Source of the DNA: an uncultured bacterium
GTDB lineage: Bacteria > Verrucomicrobiota > Verrucomicrobiia > Limisphaerales > UBA8199
Reading direction: 5' to 3'
Assembly: GCA_963749495.1 (NCBI GenBank)
Contig: CAVVMW010000005.1
Coordinates: 447,495 to 511,494 of the forward strand
DNA: 64,000 nt
Part shown: positions 32,544 through 42,427 of the stretch, piece after piece
How positions within the stretch are numbered: the stretch's first letter is position 1
Layout of the letters: every line of letters begins with the position of its first letter
Made by a program: the position numbers and the translations under genes
Notes under the pieces: generated by a model
The model's database searches: none
Told to the model about the DNA's origin: nothing
What the model saw: only the letters and a program-made list of their open reading frames with translations

Positions 32544-35500
32544 TCGGCCGTTTTGTCGCTTACTGCCTTCACCGCCGGTGGCTGATGCTGGCGGTGTTCA
32601 TCGGCCTGTCCGTGTTTGGCCTCTACGCGCTCAAGCAACTGGCGATCGAGGCCTACCCCGACATCGGGGACGTGACGGCGCAGGTCATCACACAGTATCC
32701 GGGCCACGCCGCCGAGGAGGTCGAGCAGCAGATTACCATCCCGCTGGAACGAGAACTCAACGGCATCCCCGGGCTGCACGTCATGCGCTCCAAGAGCACC
32801 TTCGGGCTGTCCCTCATCAGCCTGGTGTTCGAGGACGGCACCGAGGATTACTTCGAGCGCCAGCGCATCCGGGAGCGCATCAACACCGTGGCGCTGCCTC
32901 CTGGCGTGCAGGCCGGGCTGGATAATGTCACCGCCCCCACCGGCGAGATTTACCGCTACACCGTCGAGTCCAACTTGCGCAGCCCGCGCCAGTTGCGCGA
33001 CCTCAACAACTGGGTGGTCGTCCCGCGCCTCAAGCAGGTCCCCGGGGTCATCGGCATCGACCCGTTCGGCGGGGAGAACTACCAGTTCCAGGTGCTCATT
33101 GACCCGTACAGGCTGGCCCAATACAACCTCACCCTCAAGAACGTAGCCGATGCCATCCAAGCCAACAACGTCAACTCGGGCGGCAGCGTCATCGTGCGCG
33201 GCCAGCAGAGCCTGGTGGTCCGCGGGCTGGGCGCCATCACCCGCGTCGACGACCTCCAGGACATCGTCGTCACGCAGAAGGGCGGCACGCCGATTTTCGT
33301 GAAGGACATCGGCCGCGCCCAATTGGGGGTGCTGGCGCGCAAGGGCGTTCTGGGCAAGGACGATAACGATGACGCGGTCTCGGGCATCGTCCAGTTGCTG
33401 CGCGGCAAGAACCCCTCTCTCGTGCTGGAGGGCATCCACGCCAAGGTCCAGGAACTCAACACCCGGCTGCTGCCGCCCGGGGTCAAGGTGGTGCCCTACC
33501 TGGACCGGACCGAATTGGTCGAGACCACTCTCCACACCGTGCGCCGCACGCTGCTGGAAGGCATGGGCCTGGTCGTGCTGGTGCTGGTGCTCTTCCTGGG
33601 CAGCGTGCGCGGCTCGCTCCTGGTGGCTTTGACGATCCCTTTCTCGCTGCTCTTCGCCTTCCTCCTCATGGGTCTGACCCATGTCCCGGCCAACTTGTTG
33701 TCCCTCGGGGCGATTGACTTTGGCATTATCGTCAACGCCTCGATTGTGCTGATGGAGGTCATCCTGCGGCGGCGCGAGAACCACCCGGAGGCGGGGCTGA
33801 CTGAGTCCGCTGCGCGCGAGGCCGCCTTGGAAGTGGCCAAGCCGATGTTTTACGCCACCCTGATCATCGCCACCGCCTACCTGCCGCTCTTCGCCTTCGA
33901 GCGCGTCGAGAAGAAGCTCTTTACGCCGATGGCCTTTACGATTGGTTATGCGTTGCTAGGCGGACTGCTCTTCGCCTTGGGCGCGATTCCGGCCCTGACC
34001 TACTTGACTTACGGGCGGCCGGGAAAGACCTGGCAGAACCCCGCCTTTGAATGGCTGCGCCGGCACTACGACGCCTTGCTCGTGCGGATCGTGGCCCGGC
34101 CGCGCATCGCGTTGCTGCCCGGGCTTGCGGCAGCGGCGCTGGCGGTGATTCTGGCAGCCACCGTGGGACGCGAGTACCTGCCCTACCTGGACGAGGGCTC
34201 GATCTGGGTGCAGGTGAGCCTGCCGCCGGGCATCTCAATCGAGAAGGCCACCGAGATGGCCCGCGACGTTCGCAAGGTCGTGCGCCGCTTCCCCGAGGTG
34301 GACTCCGTGGTCACCCAGACCGGGCGGGACGACGCGGGCGTGGACCCCTGGTCGTTCTCACACATCGAGTGCTGCGTGGGGCTGCGACCCTACCGGCAAT
34401 GGGGCGGGGACAAACAGGCGCTGCTGGAGCGCATGGGCAGCAGGCTCCAGGCCCAACTGCCCGGCACGCGCTTCGGCTTTTCGCAGCCGATCTTCGACAT
34501 GGTCAATGACATGATCGCCGGCGCCCATTCTGACCTGGTCGTCAAGATCTATGGCGATGACTTCACCGAGGTCCGGCGCCTGGGCGAGCAGACGGCCAAC
34601 CTCCTCCAGGGCATACCGGGGGCGGTGGACGTGGCCATTGACCAGGAGCCGCCCCTGCCCCAGCTCCAGATCAAGATCAACCGCCGGGCCGCCGCCCGCT
34701 TCGGCATCAATGTCGCCGACGTGGGCGACTTGATCGAAACCGCCATCGGCGGCAAGGCCGTGACCAGTGTGTTCGTGGGGGACAAGAGCTACGACGTGGC
34801 CCTGCGCTTCATCGAATCGGTGCGCGGCAACCCGGAGGCCATCGCCAACCTGACCATCTCCTCACCCGGCGGCGCCCGTATCCCCCTGTCGGAGGTTGCC
34901 GAGATCAAAGTTGGCCCGGGCGAGAGCACCATCGCCCGGGAAATGGGCCGCAGACATCTGACGGTCAAGCTGGACCTGCGCGGGCGCGACCTGGCGTCCT
35001 TCCTGGCCCAGGCCCAGCCCGCCCTGGCCAGCCAGCTCAAATACGACCACGAGAAATACGAGGTGAGCTGGGGCGGCCAGTTTGAAAACCAACAGCGGGC
35101 CCAAGCCCGGCTGGCCCTCATCGTCCCGGCCGCGCTGGGGTTGATCTTCCTGTTGCTCTATGCCGAGTTCGGCCAGGCCCGGCATGTCGGGGTGATTCTG
35201 CTGACGGTCCCGCTGGCGCTGCTCGGCGGTTTGGCCGCCCTGCACTGCAGGGGCATGACCCTCAACGTCTCCAGCGCCGTGGGCTTCATCGCCCTTTTTG
35301 GCGTGGCCGTCCAGAATGGCGTCATCATGGTTTCCAACCTCAATCGCTGGCGCGAACTGGAGCCCGACCTCAAAGACGCCGTCCGCCGGGGCGCCCGCGA
35401 GCGGCTGCGCCCGGTCCTGATGACCGCGGCGGTGGCGGCCCTGGGCCTGCTGCCGGCCGCTCTGTCCCAGGCCATCGGCAGCGACGTGCAGCGCCCTCTG

Positions 35501-35626
35501 GCCACGGTCATTATCGGCGGCCTGGTTTCCGCCACCGCCCTGACACTCCTCATCCTGCCGGCGGTCTATTACACCATGGAAAAACGGGCGCTGGCCAAGG
35601 CCGCCCCTGCCGCCAACCGGAGGTGA
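32540..35626 (+). CDS. CusA/CzcA-family heavy-metal RND permease
   Basis: IEAYPDI, ANLLSLGAIDFGIIV, RLRPVLMTA, GSDVQRPLATVIIGG. Confidence 0.95.
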   Translation: MIGRFVAYCLHRRWLMLAVFIGLSVFGLYALKQLAIEAYPDIGDVTAQVITQYPGHAAEEVEQQITIPLERELNGIPGLHVMRSKSTFGLSLISLVFEDGTEDYFERQRIRERINTVALPPGVQAGLDNVTAPTGEIYRYTVESNLRSPRQLRDLNNWVVVPRLKQVPGVIGIDPFGGENYQFQVLIDPYRLAQYNLTLKNVADAIQANNVNSGGSVIVRGQQSLVVRGLGAITRVDDLQDIVVTQKGGTPIFVKDIGRAQLGVLARKGVLGKDDNDDAVSGIVQLLRGKNPSLVLEGIHAKVQELNTRLLPPGVKVVPYLDRTELVETTLHTVRRTLLEGMGLVVLVLVLFLGSVRGSLLVALTIPFSLLFAFLLMGLTHVPANLLSLGAIDFGIIVNASIVLMEVILRRRENHPEAGLTESAAREAALEVAKPMFYATLIIATAYLPLFAFERVEKKLFTPMAFTIGYALLGGLLFALGAIPALTYLTYGRPGKTWQNPAFEWLRRHYDALLVRIVARPRIALLPGLAAAALAVILAATVGREYLPYLDEGSIWVQVSLPPGISIEKATEMARDVRKVVRRFPEVDSVVTQTGRDDAGVDPWSFSHIECCVGLRPYRQWGGDKQALLERMGSRLQAQLPGTRFGFSQPIFDMVNDMIAGAHSDLVVKIYGDDFTEVRRLGEQTANLLQGIPGAVDVAIDQEPPLPQLQIKINRRAAARFGINVADVGDLIETAIGGKAVTSVFVGDKSYDVALRFIESVRGNPEAIANLTISSPGGARIPLSEVAEIKVGPGESTIAREMGRRHLTVKLDLRGRDLASFLAQAQPALASQLKYDHEKYEVSWGGQFENQQRAQARLALIVPAALGLIFLLLYAEFGQARHVGVILLTVPLALLGGLAALHCRGMTLNVSSAVGFIALFGVAVQNGVIMVSNLNRWRELEPDLKDAVRRGARERLRPVLMTAAVAALGLLPAALSQAIGSDVQRPLATVIIGGLVSATALTLLILPAVYYTMEKRALAKAAPAANRR

Positions 35627-35644
35627 TTTGCGCGTCAAACCCAC

Positions 35645-35824
35645 GTCTCCATGAATCGTCGACAAATCCGCAGGTTTTGGACTGCGCCAGTCCTCTGGCG
35701 CTTTTCGGTCGCGTCGGAGGGACAAAGCGGCAGAGGACTGCCGCAGTCCAAAACGCTTCGCGCCGGGCGACGCCCGCCTGGTTCATCGTCCCGGTGCATG
35801 ATTTCAAAACCTTGGAGGCCAGCT
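35645..35824 (+). mobile_element. CCATGAA-type element with GGACTGC..GCAGTCC palindromes; same family as 10036-10207
   Basis: ctccatgaa...ttttggactgcgccagtcctctggcgcttt...aaagcggcagaggactgccgcagtccaaaa...ggttcatcgtcccggtgca...ggaggc. Confidence 0.8.
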
Positions 35825-37229
35825 ATGAGACTCCCAGCTCTTTTGCCGACCACTGCCGCCCTTCTCGCGCTGGCCTGCCTCCGGATCGCCGGCGCCTCCT
35901 CCCCCACGCTCGCAGACCTCTCCGTCTCCCCAGCCAGCCACCCGGGCGCGCCGCTGCCCGGCTGGAGTGTCACCAACTCCGTGCCGGCCACCAATGAGAT
36001 CACCTTCGAGCAGTTCCTCGGCGAGGTCGCCCAGGCCAATCTCGACTATGCCGCCCAACGCTACAACGTTGCTATCGCCAAAGCCGCCCTGGCCATCGCA
36101 AAGGAGTTTCCCAACCCCACGCTCAACCTGGGCGGCGCCAAAGACGCGCGCAATTGGGACCGGACCCTGCCGGACCGCAACGGCAGCCTGGTGTCTCAAA
36201 GAATGGCCGAGCCGCTGAGCGTTGGCCTGGAGCAACCCATCGAGTACTTCGGCAAGCGCAAGTGGCGCATCCAGGTGGCCGATCACACTTATCGGGCCGC
36301 CGCCGCGACACTCGAGGACTTCCTGCGCAACCTCAAACTTGACGCCGCCGCCGCTTATGCCGAGGCGCTGGCCACCCAGCGCACCCTCGAACAGCAACGC
36401 AAGGCCGCCGACTACCTCGACCAACTGGTCCTGGCCCAACGCCGCCGCCTGGAGGCGGGCGACATCAGCGAGACCGACCTGACCCAGTCCCGCGTTCGAT
36501 GAACTCCAATTCCAAAACGACCTGCTCAACGCGCAGAACGATGCTCAAGCGGCCCAACTGGCCTTGAACACGTTTCTGGGCCGGCAGCGCGGGCAGACCA
36601 CCTTCATCGTGCGGGGCAAGCTGGACCTGGAAGCTCGTTCATTCGACCCGGCGCAGTTGCTGGCCAACGCCCTGCGCGAGCGGCCCGATCTCATCGCGCT
36701 GCGCCACGCCCGCGACAGCGCCCAAAGCGCCGTCCGGCTGGCCAAGGCCGGCCGCCTGCCCGACGTGAACCTGGGCGTCAATTACACCTACACCAGCGCC
36801 TCGGACAACTTCGTGGCCCCCACCGAGCACGACAGCATGGTCGGGCTGAGCCTTTCAGCGCCCCTGCCGCTCTGGCACGGGCAACGCGCCGAAATCCTAT
36901 CCGCCCGCCTGGCCGCCGAGCAGGCGCAGACGATGGTCCAAGCCGCCGAACTCAAGACCGAGGTGCAGGTCCGCCAGGCCCTTGGCGCCTACCGGCTCAT
37001 GACCGAACGGGTGCAGAAGTTCCGCAGCGAACTCCTCAAAGGGGCCGACAAGGTCCTCGCCGCAAAACGCTTCGGCTACGAACACGGCCAGACCACGCTC
37101 CTGGATCTGTTGGAAGCGCAACGCACCGCCAACAGCATCCATCAGAACTTCAACGATGCCCTGGCCGACGCCGCCAAAGCCCTGATCGAACTGGAGCGCT
37201 CCGCTCAACTCTGGGACGTGTCGTTTTGA
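35825..37229 (+). CDS. TolC/CzcC-family outer membrane protein (frameshift about 36498)
   Basis: Signal peptide; FPNPTL, QPIEYFGKRKWRI, GDISETDL; second ORF ERPDL, YEHGQTTLLDLLEAQRT. Confidence 0.9.
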
Positions 37230-37250
37230 GGAGGGCACTCATGCGGGTTC

Positions 37251-37349
37251 CGGACCTTTGTCGCGGCCTTTGTCGCGGCCTTTGTCGAATGCCCCGCTTC
37301 TCGGCAAAGGCTGCGACAAAGGCTGCGACAAAGGCTGGGACAAAGGCTG
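37251..37349. repeat. Inverted 12-mer tandem repeats (CCTTTGTCGCGG)n...(GCGACAAAGGCT)n
   Basis: Direct reading; between convergent genes; second copy at 60148-60231. Confidence 0.8.
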
Positions 37350-37370
37350 TGCCAATAGTGGTGGGTACTT

Positions 37371-38381
37371 CTAGGCCCGGCACGGGCGTTCGCGGTCTTG
37401 CACCAGGCGGGTCACTTTGCGCGCCAGCTCGCAATTCTCCTTGATCTGGAAATCGAACATGCCGACGGCGATGAAGTCGGCCCCGTTCTTGAAGGCGTAT
37501 GGGAAGGCCTGGCGCGGATAAATGGCCCCGGCGGCCAGCACCTTGAAGGCAATCCACGGCTTGGTGACCGTCTTCATGAAGGCGATGGTCTCCTCCGGGT
37601 TGATGCACCACATGTTGTCGTACCATCCCTGGCCGCCGTCCAGCCAGATGAACTCCTTGCGCAAGGCCTTGGGGGTCGCCGAAGGATAATCGTCGCTGTG
37701 GAGCGTCTTGACGTAGAAATCGCAGGGCACCTTGTGTTTCTCGCAAGCCATCGGCACCAGCAGCGAGTGCCCGCCCACACCCACGGGCAAACCATGGGCC
37801 TTGGCCATCTCGACGGCCGTCCCAATGCGGTCCACCGCCCCGGCCTGCACCAACCGGTCCGCCGAGACGCCCCAGACGTATAACGCCACCGCGCCCGTAT
37901 CCACCTGCGCTTGGATGTGGTCCGAGAGCGCCTGCGGGGTCTGGCCGGCCGATACTTCGATGTGGGGAATGATCTGCAGGTGGCCCCGGAACTCCCGGTT
38001 GTAACGCGCCACGTAGGACGCGCCCGTCTCGAAGACCGTGTTGATGCCGTGCTCTTCGGCCAGGCGCAACGTCTCCATGAGCTTCTGCTCGGTCACGTAG
38101 GCCCGAAACAGGGCGCCGCTGTATTTCAAGTCGCGCGCGTGCATCCCGCCGCTAATCAGGTTCCCGCCCAGCAACAGCCGGCTGATGCTGGCCTTGCCGA
38201 TGCGCCCGCACGGCAGTGGGGCGGCAGCGGACGAGGCCCCAGGTGCCGCGGCCGGCTCTGCCGCCGCGGCGGTGTCCGGGGCGTCGGCCATCGCCGCTAT
38301 CGCCCCAGTGGCCGCCAGGGCGGTGGCCTGAATGAATCCGCGGCGGCTCAGCGCCCGCGACGGTTGCGCCTCATCGTTCAT
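37371..38381 (-). CDS. Tat-exported aldo/keto-reductase-like protein
   Basis: SRRGFI Tat motif; ISRLLLGGN; KPWIAFKVLAAG; VGMFDFQ. Confidence 0.75.
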   Translation of the reverse strand: MNDEAQPSRALSRRGFIQATALAATGAIAAMADAPDTAAAAEPAAAPGASSAAAPLPCGRIGKASISRLLLGGNLISGGMHARDLKYSGALFRAYVTEQKLMETLRLAEEHGINTVFETGASYVARYNREFRGHLQIIPHIEVSAGQTPQALSDHIQAQVDTGAVALYVWGVSADRLVQAGAVDRIGTAVEMAKAHGLPVGVGGHSLLVPMACEKHKVPCDFYVKTLHSDDYPSATPKALRKEFIWLDGGQGWYDNMWCINPEETIAFMKTVTKPWIAFKVLAAGAIYPRQAFPYAFKNGADFIAVGMFDFQIKENCELARKVTRLVQDRERPCRA

Positions 38382-38477
38382 GAGCCCGGATGCTGCGCCA
38401 ATCTGCGCCGCGTGTCAATTCAATCGCTCAGCGAAGGCAGAGGCCGAAATCTGGAGACCAGTCTTGCCAAGCCCCAC

Positions 38478-38770
38478 GGCAACCCGGAGGGTTGCCAGAG
38501 GGTAGCCGGGGGTCGCCGCGCAGCGGTGACCCCCGGTCAACGGCGGGAAGGATCCTGCACCCCGGAACGGGGTGCCAGAAGCCAGCGTGCGGGCGCCCGA
38601 GCTGCCTTCTGGCATCCCTCCGGGATGCAGAGACGTATCACCCTTGGACCGGGGGTCTGGCTACGCTTCGACCCCCGGCTACCGTCTTTCATCCCTCCGG
38701 GATGAACCTGCGTTGCCCGGACAATGTCCCGTTTCTCCTGCCCTGGCGGTGGTACAGGCGAGATGCGCCC
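38478..38770. repeat. REP-like multi-hairpin cluster ending in a lone GGGCGCATC-type MITE end
   Basis: ccgggggtc..gacccccgg twice, catccctccgggatg twice; ggtggtacaggcgagatgcgccc at 38748-38770. Confidence 0.7.
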
Positions 38771-38903
38771 GGCATCGTGTGTCAATTCAGTTAGTGCTTG
38801 AAAACCGCCGCCATTATGAACATAGTCGCGCTGGGCGCGCGTCTGAACGGGTCCGTCGCGGCGAGACCCCCGGACGATGCGCAGGTTTCTATGTGGTGAA
38901 GCC

Positions 38904-39155
38904 ATGACAGATCCGGACAAACTTGTAATTCTCATCCGCCTTCGCGACATGCTGTATTTTGGCGTGAAACCAACCTGGCGCCAGTGCGGATTTCCCCCGG
39001 AGATCGTTGGAGACCTGGCCAAACAAGGACTAATCCAGGTGGGAGACAACAAGTTTGGCGACGATCTCGACCGGTATGTCATCGAAGCCATCTTGCCAGG
39101 CGGGATCGCCTTTATCGCCCAGCAGAAAGCAATTCGCGCGGGACGCAGGGATTGA
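38904..39155 (+). CDS. Small hypothetical protein
   Basis: 83-aa ORF MTDPDKLVILIRLRD... with normal composition, upstream of the kinase. Confidence 0.6.
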   Translation: MTDPDKLVILIRLRDMLYFGVKPTWRQCGFPPEIVGDLAKQGLIQVGDNKFGDDLDRYVIEAILPGGIAFIAQQKAIRAGRRD

Positions 39156-39190
39156 ACGGGGCGGGCCTGACTTTGATTTCTTGAGAGACT

Positions 39191-40870
39191 ATGGCACCGA
39201 ATACAGCGAAGGAGACCGGGCCGCTGGCGGTGCTTGGACGGAAGGACGCCGGGGGCCGGCTGTTCCGCCAATGGCTGCCGGTCGTGGTGCTGATTCCTCT
39301 GGTGCTGGGATTTCTTCGAGTGCAGGGCCAACGATGGGGCCTGTTTGGCACGACGGTCGGGACCGGTATTCTTATCCTCGCCCTGGTGATCATCTTCACA
39401 GCCCTGCTGTGGCTCATCGCCGCGCAACTGAGCCGGTCGGCGCAGGCGCAGGCGGCAGCGCAGGCAGAGTTGCGCCAGATCGCATTGTTCCCCGAGGAGA
39501 ACCCCGCCCCCGTGCTGCGCGCAGCCCGGGACGGCACGGTCCTGTTTGCCAACCGGTCCGCCGCGACCCTGCTGGCGGAGTGGCACTGCGCCGTGGGCAG
39601 CCGGACGCCGCCATTCGTGCAGGAGGCGGCGACCCGGGCGCTGGAAAGCGGGGCGGCCCAGGAGTTGGAAATCGGCCTCGGCCAGCGCCAGCTTTCGTTC
39701 TACCTGCTGCCAATCGCCGAGCGCAATTACGTCAACTTCTACGGCAGGGACATCACCGAGCGCAAGCGGGCCGAGGAGGCGCTGCGGCAGAGTGAGGCGC
39801 GGTATCGGTCGCTCTTCGAGCACATGCTCGATGGTTTCGCCTATTGCCGGATGCTCTACGAGAAGGGCGCACCGCAAGATTTCGTCTATCTGGACGTCAA
39901 CGGCGCGTTCGAACGGCTGACGGGCTTGAAGAATGTGACTGGAAAGAAGGTTAGCGAGGTTATCCCGGGCATCCACCAATCCAACCCGGAGTTGTTGCGC
40001 ATTTACGGGCGAGTGGCTCTGACCGGGCAACCCGAGAGGTTCGAGACGCATCTGGAGTCGCTGGGAATCTGGCTCGCGGGCGCCGTGTATAGTCCTGGGA
40101 AGGAGCACTTCGTTGCGGTATTCGACAACATCACCGCGCGAAAGCAATTCCAGGCGGAGCTGGAGCGGTTGGTCGCGGAGCGGACGGCCAAGCTGCGGGA
40201 GTTGGTGGGGGAGTTGGAACATTTCTCCTATACGATCACCCATGACATGCGGGCGCCGCTCAGGGCGGTGCAGGGGTTTGCCGAGGTCATGACGGAGACG
40301 TGCGCGGATTGCCCCGAGCAGGAGCCAAAGGGATTCTTGCGGCGAATTGCCACATCGGCCAAGCGGATGGATTCGCTCATTGTGGACGCATTGAATTACA
40401 GCCGAACGGTGCGTCAGGAGTTGCCGCTGGAGCCGGTGGACGCCGGGGCGCTGCTGCGCGGGATGCTGGATTCGTATCCGGAATTGCAGCCGTCCAAGGC
40501 GCAAGTTGAGATTGAGGGCGAGATCCCGCCGGTGATGGGCAACGAAGCAGGATTGACCCAGTGCTTCTCGAACCTGCTGGGCAACGCGGTCAAGTTTGCC
40601 AAGCCGGGCCAGAGGCCGCAAATCCGCATCCGGGCCGAACGGCGGGAGGGGTGGGTGCGCATCTGGGTTGAGGATGAGGGCATCGGGATACCAACGTCCG
40701 TGCAGCCGCGTGTCTTTGATATGTTCTCGCGCGGGCACCAGAGCTACGAAGGCACGGGCATCGGGCTGGCACTGGTGCGCAAGGTGATGGACCGGATGGG
40801 CGGCAAGGCGGGCGTGGAATCCGAGGAGGGCAACGGGAGCCGCTTCTGGCTGGATTTGAAGCCAGTGTAG
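39191..40870 (+). CDS. Membrane PAS-PAS sensor histidine kinase
   Basis: Two TMs, PEENPAPVL PAS, ITHDMRAPLR, YEGTGIGLA. Confidence 0.92.
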   Translation: MAPNTAKETGPLAVLGRKDAGGRLFRQWLPVVVLIPLVLGFLRVQGQRWGLFGTTVGTGILILALVIIFTALLWLIAAQLSRSAQAQAAAQAELRQIALFPEENPAPVLRAARDGTVLFANRSAATLLAEWHCAVGSRTPPFVQEAATRALESGAAQELEIGLGQRQLSFYLLPIAERNYVNFYGRDITERKRAEEALRQSEARYRSLFEHMLDGFAYCRMLYEKGAPQDFVYLDVNGAFERLTGLKNVTGKKVSEVIPGIHQSNPELLRIYGRVALTGQPERFETHLESLGIWLAGAVYSPGKEHFVAVFDNITARKQFQAELERLVAERTAKLRELVGELEHFSYTITHDMRAPLRAVQGFAEVMTETCADCPEQEPKGFLRRIATSAKRMDSLIVDALNYSRTVRQELPLEPVDAGALLRGMLDSYPELQPSKAQVEIEGEIPPVMGNEAGLTQCFSNLLGNAVKFAKPGQRPQIRIRAERREGWVRIWVEDEGIGIPTSVQPRVFDMFSRGHQSYEGTGIGLALVRKVMDRMGGKAGVESEEGNGSRFWLDLKPV

Positions 40871-40957
40871 CGCAGGTTTCCAAACCCGCAGGCCGTCCGC
40901 AAACCGGGGGCGCTCGACATGCCGACGCCCTGCCGATTGGAAATCGGCGATACAGCA

Positions 40958-42315
40958 GAGCCTTTTGCAAAACGAAAGAGGAAGGAGACAAAGTCGATCC
41001 AGGGTTGGACGTTGGGAAGGCAGGTGTCTATTCATTGAACTGGCTTGGCGCCCCGCTTGGAACGAAAACGGCCCGCAAGCCGGCAGGCAGGGGTTCTCAG
41101 GCGATACGCCTCCCATCACGCCCCTGGTGGAGCGCGGGCCATTGGCATGGAAAGTGGGGATGTCAACACAAGCGAGCCCAGATGCCCAAGGTGGCAACCG
41201 CCAAGACTCCGAACATCAAATGGCACATGACCTTGGCGGCTCCTCGCACATGCACCGTCCGGGCCCCAAACTCCTCTTTAGCCGGCCGTTAACTCGCTCG
41301 CTGGCAGTGCGCTGCTTATAGCGTTGGCGCTCCGCCGGATCCAGCGGCACGAAGCCCTCCCGTTCCTTGGGATCAATAATTGGCACGTGTCCCAAGCCCC
41401 GACAAAAGTCCTTGATGAAGTGCGCGTCGTAGGCCGAGTCCATCAGTTCATAGAGCGCCTGAACCCGTTGGGCGCTCTGCTGCGCCAGGGGAATAGCAAC
41501 CTGACTATCATGCAGGCTGGCACTGGTCAGCACCGCACCGATGGGAATATCCCCGTCAATCACGTCCAGGTGCAGTTTGTAGCCTCGCCACCAGGTCTTG
41601 TAACCCTTGGCATCGGTCTTACACCCTATATCGCATCCCCGCGGCAGGTCGGCCAGGTTCTGCTCCAGCGAGCGGGCCATCTGGATCTCCAGCTTCGTAC
41701 GAGGCGGGCGCACCTCACCTTTCTTGGCCGCCGGCCTTGCCAGGGGGCGGAGCGACCATCTCCGGCTTGGTCGCCTTGCGCTCCGGCACACTAATGGCCG
41801 TGCTGTCCCGGCTGATGTGCCCCACCAGCTTGGGCCGACAGTGTATCTCCACCAACGCCGCGTGGATTTGCTGCGGCAGTTCGTCGGCGGCAAACACGCT
41901 AAAGGCCCGCGAGAAAGTCGAGCGCTCCGGCAACTGGCCCAAGCTTTCCCAGCCGCAGAGCCGCCGCAGCGTGGGGCGAGCGTTCAAGGCATCGATCAAT
42001 GCTTCGGTCGTGGCAAATCCATAAACGGCTTTGGCGATAAAGGCGTGCAGCACCCAGACCCGCTCATGGGGAGGTCGCCCCTGCCCACATCCCTCGTAAC
42101 GAAGCAGAAAACGTCCCAAAGGCAGCAGCGAAATTACCTCGACGAATTGCTGGTCCTTGGCCCCCAAGGACCCGAGTTCCTCGGTCAAAACCGGGAAAAG
42201 TTGGCGTTGGAGGTGTTGCCACAGGTCAGGCAGGTCAGGCATATGCGTGGTTTGATCCATCTGCCGACCAGATTATTCAAGAATCCTGCAACTTTCCGAC
42301 TTTTGCAAAAGGCTC
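40958..42315 (-). mobile_element. DDE insertion sequence (IS4/IS5/IS1182-like)
   Basis: TIRs gagccttttgcaaaa / ttttgcaaaaggctc; 4-bp duplication agca. Confidence 0.88.
41163..42260 (-). CDS. Transposase (two frameshifts)
   Basis: GRPP, STFSRAF, SRDSTAI, GYKLH, HDSQ, MDSAYD, RTASERVNGRLK. Confidence 0.82.
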
Positions 42316-42427
42316 AGCAGGTTTGGAAACCTGCGCTACAACTTTGTCAACGGCCCTGGAACCTGCCCATGCCAGGCCGGTTTGGTTCTTTCGCGGGCGG
42401 GGCGGGCCGGATATGCTCTGCGGCCAG

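Larger units (their letters stand above)
40867..42339. repeat. GTAGCGCAGGTTTCCAAACC REP element split by an IS
   Basis: Arms gtagcgcaggtttccaaacc (40867) and ggtttggaaacctgcgctac (to 42339). Confidence 0.75.

Noticed and set aside
37251..37349. 12-mer repeats as CRISPR or iterons
   Set aside because: Contiguous units without spacers, arranged as inverted arms; no rep gene
38820..38903. Structured leader upstream of the small hypothetical gene as a riboswitch
   Set aside because: No recognisable conserved aptamer motif
38537..41197. 886-aa minus-strand ORF and other long antisense ORFs (10634-12499, 18439-20019, 53107-54906, 60893-63085)
   Set aside because: Shadow frames of real high-GC genes; no recognisable motifs
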